Assembly (NCBI GenBank): GCA_018238825.1
Contig: JABCSP010000002.1
Coordinates: 1 to 34,416 of the forward strand
Direction of reading: 5' to 3'
Length of the DNA stretch: 34,416 bases
DNA from: Candidatus Thorarchaeota archaeon
Lineage (GTDB): Archaea > Asgardarchaeota > Thorarchaeia > Thorarchaeales > Thorarchaeaceae
Position numbers and translations under genes: made by a program. Of this stretch, positions 16,330 through 24,745 are shown piece after piece. The notes under the pieces were generated by a model. The model was not told where the DNA came from and searched no databases. It worked only from the letters and a program-made list of their open reading frames with translations. Numbering within the stretch: position 1 is the first letter of the stretch; each line of letters opens with the position of its first letter.

Positions 16330-18687
16330 GTGAAGAGGAAAGCGGTAATCCATGTGACTGGGATTGTTCAAGGAGTAGGATTCAGACCTTTTGTCTATCG
16401 CGTTGCCAAATCTCATTCATTGGTTGGATATGTCCTCAATCTTGGAGATGCAGGTGTTGAGATAGTAGTTGAAGGTAAAGAGAAACAGGTCCAAGAACTA
16501 ATCAACAGTATCAAGAACGATTTGCCCTCAATTTCACGGATAGATACACTTGATATCGAGTGGACACATGCAGAAGGTGCCTTTTCAGATTTTCTGATCC
16601 ATAAGTCATCTACCGTACGTAATGATGATGCAATTCCAGTTTTACCCCCGGATATTGCAATATGTAATGATTGTATAACAGACTTGTTCAATCCTAAATC
16701 TAGATGGTATCATTATGGATTCACATCATGTGCTGCCTGCGGACCAAGATACTCTACCATAACGGATCTTCCGTATGATAGGCCTAACACTACAATGATC
16801 GATTTTCCTCTGTGTGATACTTGTAATACAGGTTATACAAATCCATTGGATAGGCGGTACCATGCACAGACCACAGCTTGTGATTCATGTGGACCTAGAT
16901 ATCGTCTTGTGGACAAGGGAGGAAAAGAATTCACAGATAGGGACCCAATAGAAACTGTTGCAGGACTAATTGATAACGGTGCTACTGTTGCTCTTCAAGG
17001 AATTGGCGGAACACACATTGCCACCAAGACAAGTGATTCAGGACCAATAGAAATTCTACGAGAGAGAAAGAAAAGGTTTCAGAGACCCTTTGCATTAATG
17101 GTGAAGGATTTGGATATACTCAAGACTCTTGTTGATATCAATCAGCTTGAGGAACGGATCCTAACATCTTGGCGTAGACCTATTGTTTTAGCCCCTAGAA
17201 GAACCCTTGATTCTAGTGTATTACCATTAATACAAGAATCTGTTCTTGATTTGATTGCCCCGGGGCTCGATAGTATAGGTGTTATGCTACCATACGCACC
17301 AATGCATCACCTTCTCTTCAAGTATTCCGACGAGCCTGCATTAGTAATGACGAGTGCCAATCCTACTGGAATGCCTATGTATATTAATCCAGGAACTATC
17401 ATGAAAGAGCTGGGTAATATTGTTGATTATTTCTTGGTTCATAATAGAAAGATTCACCAACGTGCAGATGATTCTGTTGTGAAACTTACAGATAAGGAAA
17501 ATCCAGTATTCATTAGACGCGCAAGAGGATATGTTCCAGAGCCACTTGTATTCAATGGACCATGGAAGTCAATCAAAGTGTTGGGCGTAGGTCCGGAAGA
17601 GAAAGTAACAGGAGCACTATCAAAATCTGGTCGAGTGTACATGACGCAGTACATAGGTGATACTGATCAAGTAGAGAATATTGAGTTTCTAACACAAGCT
17701 ATCGATCACATGAAGCATCTCTTGGATATTTCAAAACTTGATGGAGTTGCTTGTGATTTACACCCCGAATTTCTGAGCACAGATATGGCAGAACGAATCG
17801 CATCTGAAAACGATATTCCACTCTTTCGTGTGCAACATCATCATGCACATCTATCTTCTCTGATGGTAGATACTTTGATACCAATTAATAATCGTATTGT
17901 TTGTATTACAGCAGATGGCTATGGATATGGGGAGGATGGAGATGCTTGGGGTGGTGAGATTCTTGTTGGAGGTTTCAGAAACTATGAACGCAAGGGCGGA
18001 TTGATGGTACATGATTATACTGGTGGAGATCTATCTGCTGTTTACTCATCAAGAGCTTTTCTCGGAATAGTGGATAAAGAGATAGGGAATGAAAAGATTC
18101 TCCAATTCCTGAGCTCGGCTGAAGTGTCCCCAGGACAGAAAGTTACAGCGGATATGTTAGAGATTCTCATTAAAGCGAGTGAAAGAAAAATAAATACTGT
18201 AAAGAGTTCAAGCACTGGAAGAGTTCTTGATGCTATTGCAGTCGCATTGGGTATTTGTACTCAAAATTCGTATGATGGTGAATGTCCAATGAAACTTGAA
18301 GCAGTAGCTCGAAAATCGGAATTCCAACTCAAGACAGAATTCGTCAAATCTGACTATGGTCCGGTCTTAGATACAACACAGTTACTACTACAGATAATAG
18401 AACATAGAGAGAAAGGAATGAGTCGTTCAGAGTTAGCATATGCAGCTCAATGGTCAATTGGTCAAAGTTTAGCAGAGATTGCATGTGAAGTTGCTCAAGA
18501 TAAAGGGATACTTCATGTTGGATTTTCAGGAGGCGTAGCAGTCAATCGGATTATAACAAAAGCTGTTGCTGATCAAGTTCGAAAGAATAATCTCATGCCC
18601 ATTCTTCATTCATTAGTTCCACCTGGTGATGGCGGAATTTCCGTTGGTCAAGTTGCAACAGCTGTGGCCAGGCTAACTGAGGAATAG
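16330..18687 (+). CDS. hypF: [NiFe]-hydrogenase maturation carbamoyltransferase HypF
   Basis: Acylphosphatase domain, two CxxC...CxxCGPRY zinc-finger pairs, a YrdC-like domain and a Kae1-like domain. Length is 785 aa. GTG start with an upstream GGAG. Confidence 0.93.
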   Translation: MKRKAVIHVTGIVQGVGFRPFVYRVAKSHSLVGYVLNLGDAGVEIVVEGKEKQVQELINSIKNDLPSISRIDTLDIEWTHAEGAFSDFLIHKSSTVRNDDAIPVLPPDIAICNDCITDLFNPKSRWYHYGFTSCAACGPRYSTITDLPYDRPNTTMIDFPLCDTCNTGYTNPLDRRYHAQTTACDSCGPRYRLVDKGGKEFTDRDPIETVAGLIDNGATVALQGIGGTHIATKTSDSGPIEILRERKKRFQRPFALMVKDLDILKTLVDINQLEERILTSWRRPIVLAPRRTLDSSVLPLIQESVLDLIAPGLDSIGVMLPYAPMHHLLFKYSDEPALVMTSANPTGMPMYINPGTIMKELGNIVDYFLVHNRKIHQRADDSVVKLTDKENPVFIRRARGYVPEPLVFNGPWKSIKVLGVGPEEKVTGALSKSGRVYMTQYIGDTDQVENIEFLTQAIDHMKHLLDISKLDGVACDLHPEFLSTDMAERIASENDIPLFRVQHHHAHLSSLMVDTLIPINNRIVCITADGYGYGEDGDAWGGEILVGGFRNYERKGGLMVHDYTGGDLSAVYSSRAFLGIVDKEIGNEKILQFLSSAEVSPGQKVTADMLEILIKASERKINTVKSSSTGRVLDAIAVALGICTQNSYDGECPMKLEAVARKSEFQLKTEFVKSDYGPVLDTTQLLLQIIEHREKGMSRSELAYAAQWSIGQSLAEIACEVAQDKGILHVGFSGGVAVNRIITKAVADQVRKNNLMPILHSLVPPGDGGISVGQVATAVARLTEE

Positions 18688-18710
18688 TAGTAATACAAAT
18701 AATACGATTA

Positions 18711-19325
18711 TTAGATACTACTTCTCACTCTTTCTAATCCAATTTCAGCAGCGGTGGTATTAGTTTTCTCAAATTTTTTCGGGAAAGCTTCACGGATTGT
18801 TTGCATTGCTGAATCTTTACTAATTGGTACAAGATTGGTTCCAATTATTCCACCAAACATCACCATGTTCAGGGCCCGTGGGTTTCCTGCCTCTACTGCA
18901 ATTTTATGAGCGTTTATCTCAATGATTTTATCTGTGAATTTCTTGATGGATGCTAATATCTCCTTATGATCTGGATATTCAGCTTTTCCCATAGAAACAG
19001 CAACAGGATATTGAACATGTGAGCTCATTAGCACATAACCACCCTTCTTCACAAGATGAATCTCTCTTAGTGTTTCAACAGGTTCAAAGCCTACAAGAAG
19101 ATCTGCTGCACCTGCATCAATGATTGGTCCTTTCGCGTCGTCACCAATTCTAACCGTGCAGACTACATGACCGCCCCTCTGAGCCATCCCATGGATTTCT
19201 CCAACTCTCACATTCAGTCCTTCATGCAAGGCGGCCTTAGCAAGAAGCTCAGCAAGTGTAAGAACTCCTTGTCCACCTACTCCTGATATCGCAATATTTA
19301 CTGTATTACTAGTATTACTAGGCAT
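18711..19325 (-). CDS. iorB: Indolepyruvate:ferredoxin oxidoreductase beta subunit
   Basis: GVGGQGVLT motif, 204 aa. Its ATG directly abuts the iorA stop codon. Confidence 0.88.
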   Translation of the reverse strand: MPSNTSNTVNIAISGVGGQGVLTLAELLAKAALHEGLNVRVGEIHGMAQRGGHVVCTVRIGDDAKGPIIDAGAADLLVGFEPVETLREIHLVKKGGYVLMSSHVQYPVAVSMGKAEYPDHKEILASIKKFTDKIIEINAHKIAVEAGNPRALNMVMFGGIIGTNLVPISKDSAMQTIREAFPKKFEKTNTTAAEIGLERVRSSI

Positions 19326-21218
19326 CTATTCAACCTCCCTCTTAATTGCTCCCTGTGGACAAACAGAAACACAAGTTCCGCAGAGATTGCATTGTGTCTC
19401 ATCGATTACAGCCTTCTCTGTTTCTGGATCCATATACATAGCTGGACAAGATAGTCGATTGAGACAACGCTTGCAAGCAGTACATGCTTCCTGATCAACG
19501 TAATATTTTGGTGGAGTTTCACCTGCACGTCGGCGGTCAGCTGCTGTCAACAGAGCACATGCTTCCTTAGAAACCAACACAGCAGGACTATGATTCTCCC
19601 TTGCCCATTTGACCATCTCTCTTACTTCACCAACAAGACCTGCAATTGAATCGAAAGGATTGATTGTCTTGACATATTTTACACCGAGACCCTTGCATAC
19701 TTCTTCGATATCTAGTGGTGTAACTTCTTTGCGCATTCCTGTAATTCCAGTTCCAGGATGAGGTTGATGACCTGTCATTGCTGTTGTTCGATTATCCAAT
19801 ATTACCAAACAAATTCGGTGTTGGTTATAGACTGCGTTGACTATACCTGGAAGTCCGGATGCGAAGAAAGTACCATCACCAATTGATGCAACAATGTCTT
19901 GATCAGTAACTTCTGCAAGTCCACAAGCTGTAGTTATTGAAGACCCCATATCAAATAGAATGTCTGCAGTTTCAAGAGGTGGTGCTATACTCAGAGTATA
20001 ACATCCAATATCGGATGGATAGATGGCTTTCCCACGTGTCGCTGCACGAATTGCATAGTATGATGCTCGATGTGGACAACCTGCGCATAATAGAGGTGGT
20101 CTGGGTGGTAAATCGAGAACTGCATCAGATCTCTTATCGATATCTTCCCAGTTAATAGGTGTATTACAATCTTGAACCTTGCACAAAGCTTCCATAACAA
20201 TTCGTGGGCTGTATTCACCAGCACGAGAGAAGAAACCCTGCTCTTTACCTAAGATTTCCACTGTTATTTTTTCCAGATGTGCTAGGCGCCTTGCGTGTGT
20301 TTCTAGATACGGTTCAAGCTCTTCAACTATCACGACTCTCTTGTGTTTTTTCAGAAGCTCAATTATTTTCTTCTCTGGGATTGGATGTGTGATTCCAAGT
20401 TTCAAAACTTCTGCTGAGAGATTCATTTCTAAAAGAGCTTCTTTCACATAATTGTATGCTACTCCGCTTGTTATGATTCCCAGGTCTCCTTCACCCTCGG
20501 TGAAGTTCAATGGACTAGTTTCCGAAACCTCACGGGCTTTCTCAATCTGTTCAAGTAACCATTGGTGTTGGACTCTTGCTACGGATGGTATTGGAACAAA
20601 TCTGAAAGGATCTTTCTCAAACACTACCTTATCAGGAAGAGTTGGTATTGGTCCAAATTCAATAGGTGCTCTGGTATGATTAACTCGTGTTGTCGTTCTG
20701 AATAGAACTGGTAACTCGAATTGTTCTGAGAAGTCATATGCTTCAAGCAACATTGACTTGGCTTCTATAGGATCGCTAGGTTCCATCATAGGCATATTGC
20801 CCATCAGTGCGTAGTATCTACTGTCATTCTCATTTTGTGAGCTCCACATACTGGGATCATCTGCAACAACAATGACCATTCCTGCACGAACTCCAACATA
20901 TGCAAGAGAGAAGAACGGATCTGCAGCAACATTGAGACCCGGTCCTTTACAGACCATCATTGATCGAACACCGGCGACTGCTGCAGCACCAGCAACTTCG
21001 AGTGAAACCTTTTCATTTGTACTGAATTCAAAGTAAAAATTTGGAATTTTTGGAGCCATGAATGTAAGATTATTCCCGATTTCACTACTGGGTGTGCCAG
21101 GATAGAGTGCAACTAACCTGACTCCAGCCTCAACTACTCCCCGAGCAATAGCTTCGTTTGCAAGCAAGAGTACTTTCTTTCCTGGAGTGTCTTCAAGTAA
21201 TTCTAGAGGTTTTGCCAA
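19326..21218 (-). CDS. iorA: Indolepyruvate:ferredoxin oxidoreductase alpha subunit (TPP-binding, C-terminal 2x[4Fe-4S])
   Basis: TPP motif GDGTFF...N and a C-terminal CTACKRC...CP / CNLCGTCVSVCP. Length is 630 aa. TTG start with GGAGG upstream. Confidence 0.9.
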   Translation of the reverse strand: MAKPLELLEDTPGKKVLLLANEAIARGVVEAGVRLVALYPGTPSSEIGNNLTFMAPKIPNFYFEFSTNEKVSLEVAGAAAVAGVRSMMVCKGPGLNVAADPFFSLAYVGVRAGMVIVVADDPSMWSSQNENDSRYYALMGNMPMMEPSDPIEAKSMLLEAYDFSEQFELPVLFRTTTRVNHTRAPIEFGPIPTLPDKVVFEKDPFRFVPIPSVARVQHQWLLEQIEKAREVSETSPLNFTEGEGDLGIITSGVAYNYVKEALLEMNLSAEVLKLGITHPIPEKKIIELLKKHKRVVIVEELEPYLETHARRLAHLEKITVEILGKEQGFFSRAGEYSPRIVMEALCKVQDCNTPINWEDIDKRSDAVLDLPPRPPLLCAGCPHRASYYAIRAATRGKAIYPSDIGCYTLSIAPPLETADILFDMGSSITTACGLAEVTDQDIVASIGDGTFFASGLPGIVNAVYNQHRICLVILDNRTTAMTGHQPHPGTGITGMRKEVTPLDIEEVCKGLGVKYVKTINPFDSIAGLVGEVREMVKWARENHSPAVLVSKEACALLTAADRRRAGETPPKYYVDQEACTACKRCLNRLSCPAMYMDPETEKAVIDETQCNLCGTCVSVCPQGAIKREVE

Positions 21219-21311
21219 TCACAGATCCTCCATGTTCTAGCGTATGTCGACGAGCATCATTTAGTTGTGTAATAGTCTTGTGGTAATGGAAATGAGTGAT
21301 AGTGATATTTC

Positions 21312-21323
21312 GAACACGTGTTC
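21312..21323. promoter_or_regulatory. Palindromic box GAACACGTGTTC (copy 1; extended 15-mer GAACACGTGTTCCAA)
   Basis: Perfect 12-bp palindrome, one of four copies that share the +strand CAA extension. Confidence 0.6.
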
Positions 21324-21383
21324 CAAACTTTTGCTCACAATGATCTCAAGTATTAGTTGTATTACATTTCTACTTCGTTATTA

Positions 21384-21395
21384 GAACACGTGTTC
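21384..21395. promoter_or_regulatory. Palindromic box GAACACGTGTTC (copy 2), 13 nt left of the left ORB-like box
   Basis: Read directly from the sequence. Confidence 0.6.
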
Positions 21396-21408
21396 CAATA
21401 CCCATCAG

Positions 21409-21575
21409 ACCCCTTTGTTTCCACTAGAGAATATCAAACATTTATCTATTAAATTCGCAAACGGTAAGTATAAATAGCTGTTTTAGCAGCTCTTATTTAT
21501 CTCCATTTTTATTATACATTATTGATCGCTCGAAATCACTACATTTTTCCTTTTTTGCAGTGGAAATGAAGGGGT
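21409..21575. other. Candidate replication-origin core: inverted ORB-like boxes (21409-21427 reverse, 21557-21575 forward) flanking a 129-bp A/T-rich spacer
   Basis: The reverse complement of the left box is CTAGTGGAAACAAAGGGGT. The right box is GCAGTGGAAATGAAGGGGT. The spacer has 34 G/C in 129 nt by my count. Confidence 0.5.
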
Positions 21576-21631
21576 GTTATCCAGATATTGCCAGAAACTT
21601 ATTGATATTCATGTTGGGATAATAGTAACTA

Positions 21632-21643
21632 GAACACGTGTTC
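21632..21643. promoter_or_regulatory. Palindromic box GAACACGTGTTC (copy 3), 56 nt right of the right ORB-like box
   Basis: Read directly from the sequence. Confidence 0.6.
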
Positions 21644-21664
21644 CAAATATCAATGGAATAGACT

Positions 21665-21955
21665 TTACAAAATCTCTTGAACAATCTCATACACTCTAAG
21701 ACTAAGAATATCTTTGTAGATTGAAAATAGACTTTCAAACAACATTCGTGATTCTTCTGGTACTAGAATAGCTGAATCTGCAACAGCTTTGGATCCCACA
21801 CACTCATCTAAGAGACCTGGTTTTCTTTTCTCCTTGATACCTGATTTTGTTTTCCAGGTGTAAGTATACCCATAGAGCTCTTTGGTAAATGCCACGCGAC
21901 GTGCATTGGTACGTCTTGCTTCTTTACAATCATATAGGTAGAGATACGACGACAT
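21665..21955 (-). CDS. Small basic hypothetical protein (96 aa from ATG 21955; alternative starts at 21981 and 22015)
   Basis: MSSYLYLYDCKEARRTNARRVAFTKELYGY...SAILVPEESRMLFESLF. No family recognised with confidence. The variant palindrome lies just upstream of the gene or over its alternative ATG. Confidence 0.5.
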   Translation of the reverse strand: MSSYLYLYDCKEARRTNARRVAFTKELYGYTYTWKTKSGIKEKRKPGLLDECVGSKAVADSAILVPEESRMLFESLFSIYKDILSLRVYEIVQEIL

Positions 21956-21974
21956 TCTCCAGACACCAATCAAA

Positions 21975-21986
21975 GAACACATGTTC
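21975..21986. promoter_or_regulatory. Variant palindromic box GAACACATGTTC (copy 4, followed by CAA) in the 5' region of the small ORF
   Basis: One mismatch to the other three copies, in the same orientation. Confidence 0.5.
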
Positions 21987-22113
21987 CAAGATTTCAACTT
22001 GTGTAATACAATCAATACATCTGTGGCCTACAGGAAAGGTTAAAGCGTAGGTGTCTTGGCCTCGCTCTCAGCACACCATCACTCCTATTGGGGAATAATC
22101 GGAGGAAAAATAG

Positions 22114-23415
22114 TTGAATCGCATTGGTCTACGAAAGGAAGAAAAAGCGTTTGAAACGAGAATTGCACTCATACCTGAACATGTGAAATCACTATCCGAT
22201 AAACATGGCATTAAATTTGTGATTGAACCCAGCAATCAACGTGCATTCACAGAAGAAGAATTCGAAAGTGTTGGTGCTACAGCTAACCCTCTGAAGGGAA
22301 GTGGTGTCCCCGTAGTCCTCGGTATCAAAGAGATGCCCATAGATTTCTTTGAAAAAGATGTGGTCTATTTCTTTTTCAGTCATACAATCAAGGGTCAGAA
22401 GTACAATATGCCCATGCTTAGACACATAATGGCAACTGGATCTACATTAGTTGACTATGAACGAGTAGTAGATGACAAGGGGCGGCGCTTGATTTTCTTT
22501 GGTAATTGGGCCGGAATGGCTGGTATATCAGATACATTTCGTGTACTTGGAAACCGTTTAGAAGTTGAAGGTATTCAACCCAATCCATTCAATGGAATGC
22601 GGACAACACTTGAGCTCAAGGGACTTGAAGCTGTGAAAGAAGAATTCAAGATCCTTGGAAAACGAATCCAAGAGCAAGGAATTCCTGAAGAACTTGCACC
22701 ATTTGTTGTGGGTTTTGCAGGATATGGCAATGTATCTCGCGGAGCTCAAGAGCTCTTTGATTTACTACCCCATGAAGTAGTTGAACCAGAAAATCTTCAA
22801 GATCTGGAACCAAAACGTAACTTGTTGTACAAATGTGTCTTCAAAGAAGAAGATATGGTAGAACCTAAAGACCTGTCAAACAAGTTTGAACTACAGGACT
22901 ACTACAAAACAGGAAAGGCAGGTTACAACGGTGTGTTTCATAATTATGTTCAGTATCTTACAGTTATTATGAACTGTATTTACTGGACGAACAAATATCC
23001 TCGGCTAATATCAAAGGATTTCATTCGTGAACATTGGAAAGAAGAATCCCGTAAACTTCGTGCAATAGGTGACATCTCTTGTGATGTGGGTGGTGCTATT
23101 GAGTTCACACTCGATTGTACAACTCCTGCTGATCCTGCATTTGTCTATCTCATCAACGAAGATCGAGCCGAACTTGGTGTAAAAGGCAATGGTCCAGTAA
23201 TCATGGCTGTCGATAATCTACCATGTGAACTTCCACGCGAAGCATCTGCTTCATTTGGAGAAACCTTACTCGATTTCATACCTGCACTTGCCAAGGCAGA
23301 TTTCAAAGCGTCTTTCGAAGAACTGGACTTACCACGGGAAATCAAAGATGCTGTCATTGTATATCGAGGCGAACTAACAAAGAATTACGAATATCTCAAT
23401 CAATACCTGAAATAG
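22114..23415 (+). CDS. Lysine-ketoglutarate reductase-like enzyme (saccharopine dehydrogenase, L-lysine-forming; homolog of the AASS N-terminal LKR domain)
   Basis: Blocks match my memory of human AASS in the same order: FFSHTIKGQKYNMPML, GNVSRGAQELFDLLPHEVVEPENL, DISCDVGGAIEF and VDNLPCELPREAS. TTG start with GGAGG upstream. Confidence 0.8.
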   Translation: MNRIGLRKEEKAFETRIALIPEHVKSLSDKHGIKFVIEPSNQRAFTEEEFESVGATANPLKGSGVPVVLGIKEMPIDFFEKDVVYFFFSHTIKGQKYNMPMLRHIMATGSTLVDYERVVDDKGRRLIFFGNWAGMAGISDTFRVLGNRLEVEGIQPNPFNGMRTTLELKGLEAVKEEFKILGKRIQEQGIPEELAPFVVGFAGYGNVSRGAQELFDLLPHEVVEPENLQDLEPKRNLLYKCVFKEEDMVEPKDLSNKFELQDYYKTGKAGYNGVFHNYVQYLTVIMNCIYWTNKYPRLISKDFIREHWKEESRKLRAIGDISCDVGGAIEFTLDCTTPADPAFVYLINEDRAELGVKGNGPVIMAVDNLPCELPREASASFGETLLDFIPALAKADFKASFEELDLPREIKDAVIVYRGELTKNYEYLNQYLK

Positions 23416-23428
23416 GGAGACATTAAAG

Positions 23429-24745
23429 ATGAAGAAAGTGCTATGTTTGGGCGCCGGGCTTGTAGCTCGTCCGTTTATCCATTATCTTAGTGAACATGGC
23501 TTCCATGTAGTGGTTGCCAGTAGGACCAAAAGTAAAGCTGAAAGTTTGATAGAAGGCTGTGCGAATGCTGAAGCTGTTGCTTTCAATATCGCTACAGACG
23601 ATAAGCTTCTTGAAGACTTGACCACCAAAGTTGATCTTGTTTGCTCTTTGCTTCCTTACACATTCCATGTCAAGGCTGCCAAAGTCGCAATCAAACACAA
23701 GAAGTCATTCTGCACCACATCATACATTTCAGATGAGATGAAAGCATTAGAAAATGAAGCAAAGAATGCAGGAATCATACTCTTGAATGAGTGTGGAGTT
23801 GATCCTGGCATTGATCATATGAGTGCCATGCAGATAATTGATCATGTGCATAACAACAATGGCAAAATTGTTAGTTTCACATCTTTCACAGGCGGTCTTC
23901 CTGCACCTGATGCGAATGATAACCCCTATGGATACAAACTCTCTTGGAGTCCTCGAGGAGTATTACTTGCTGGAAGAAATAATGCACACTTTCTACGTGA
24001 TGGAAAAGAGGTTAAAATCCTAGGAGCTGATTTGTTTCAGAACTGTGAACCCATGGAAGTTCCCGGAATGGGTACATTCGAGGGTTATCCGAACCGAGAT
24101 AGTATGTCCTACATCGACATCTACAACATAAAAGAAACTAAAACAATGCTCAGAGGAACCTTCAGGAATACCGGATGGTGTGAAACTCTCGATAAAATTG
24201 CAGATTTAGGTCTACTCGATATAGAAGAACGGTCTCTAAGTGGTATGACTTATGCTGATGTAATGAGAGAATTGACATCAGCTGGAAAAGGTGATCTCAA
24301 AGAGGCGGTTGCAAAATTCTGTAAAATTGGTACGGACAGCATGGTTATTTCGCGGTTTGAGTGGCTTGGATTATTTGAAGAAAGAGAGATAGATTCCAAA
24401 GTAAACACACGACTTGATGCACTATGTACTCTCTTTGAGGAGAAAATGAACTATGCACCTGGAGAGCGTGATATGATTGTCATGCACCACGAGTTCATTG
24501 CTGAATATCCCGATAAGAAACAGAAGATAACATCAACAATGGTTGATTATGGCATTCCCAATGGAGATAGTTCCATGTCAAGAACAGTTGCACTTCCTGT
24601 TGCCATTGCTAGCAGGATGATACTCGAAGGTCGAATCAATCTCACCGGTGTTCATCGTCCTATCATTCCTGAAATCTATGAGCCGATTTTAGAAGAACTT
24701 GCTGCACTAAATATTTCCCTTGAAGAACGCACTTTCGACTTGTAA
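23429..24745 (+). CDS. Saccharopine dehydrogenase (L-glutamate-forming; homolog of the AASS C-terminal SDH domain / LYS9)
   Basis: Rossmann N-terminus KKVLCLGAGLVARP, then LLPYTFH, GVDPGIDHM, GGLPAP, YKLSWSPRGVL, EGYPNRDS and LRGTFR. Confidence 0.85.
   Translation: MKKVLCLGAGLVARPFIHYLSEHGFHVVVASRTKSKAESLIEGCANAEAVAFNIATDDKLLEDLTTKVDLVCSLLPYTFHVKAAKVAIKHKKSFCTTSYISDEMKALENEAKNAGIILLNECGVDPGIDHMSAMQIIDHVHNNNGKIVSFTSFTGGLPAPDANDNPYGYKLSWSPRGVLLAGRNNAHFLRDGKEVKILGADLFQNCEPMEVPGMGTFEGYPNRDSMSYIDIYNIKETKTMLRGTFRNTGWCETLDKIADLGLLDIEERSLSGMTYADVMRELTSAGKGDLKEAVAKFCKIGTDSMVISRFEWLGLFEEREIDSKVNTRLDALCTLFEEKMNYAPGERDMIVMHHEFIAEYPDKKQKITSTMVDYGIPNGDSSMSRTVALPVAIASRMILEGRINLTGVHRPIIPEIYEPILEELAALNISLEERTFDL

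Noticed and set aside
16813-16831. TGTGATACTTGTAATACAG inside hypF, which nearly matches the intergenic TGTGATACTTGTATTACAA at 15773-15791
   Set aside because: It encodes the conserved CDTCNTG zinc-finger motif with the A/T-rich codons this genome prefers. The match is most likely a coincidence of codon usage and not a regulatory element.
19296-19322. Tandem TATTACTAG-like repeat (ctgtattactagtattactagg) resembling the GTATTACA family
   Set aside because: It lies inside the iorB N-terminus and encodes SNTSNT. I treat it as a coding repeat.
21312-21986. The four GAACACGTGTTCCAA repeats considered as a possible mini-CRISPR array
   Set aside because: The repeat is only 15 nt long. The spacing is irregular (72, 248 and 343 nt). 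One copy lies in a gene's 5' region, and there are no cas genes. The pattern fits protein-binding sites instead.
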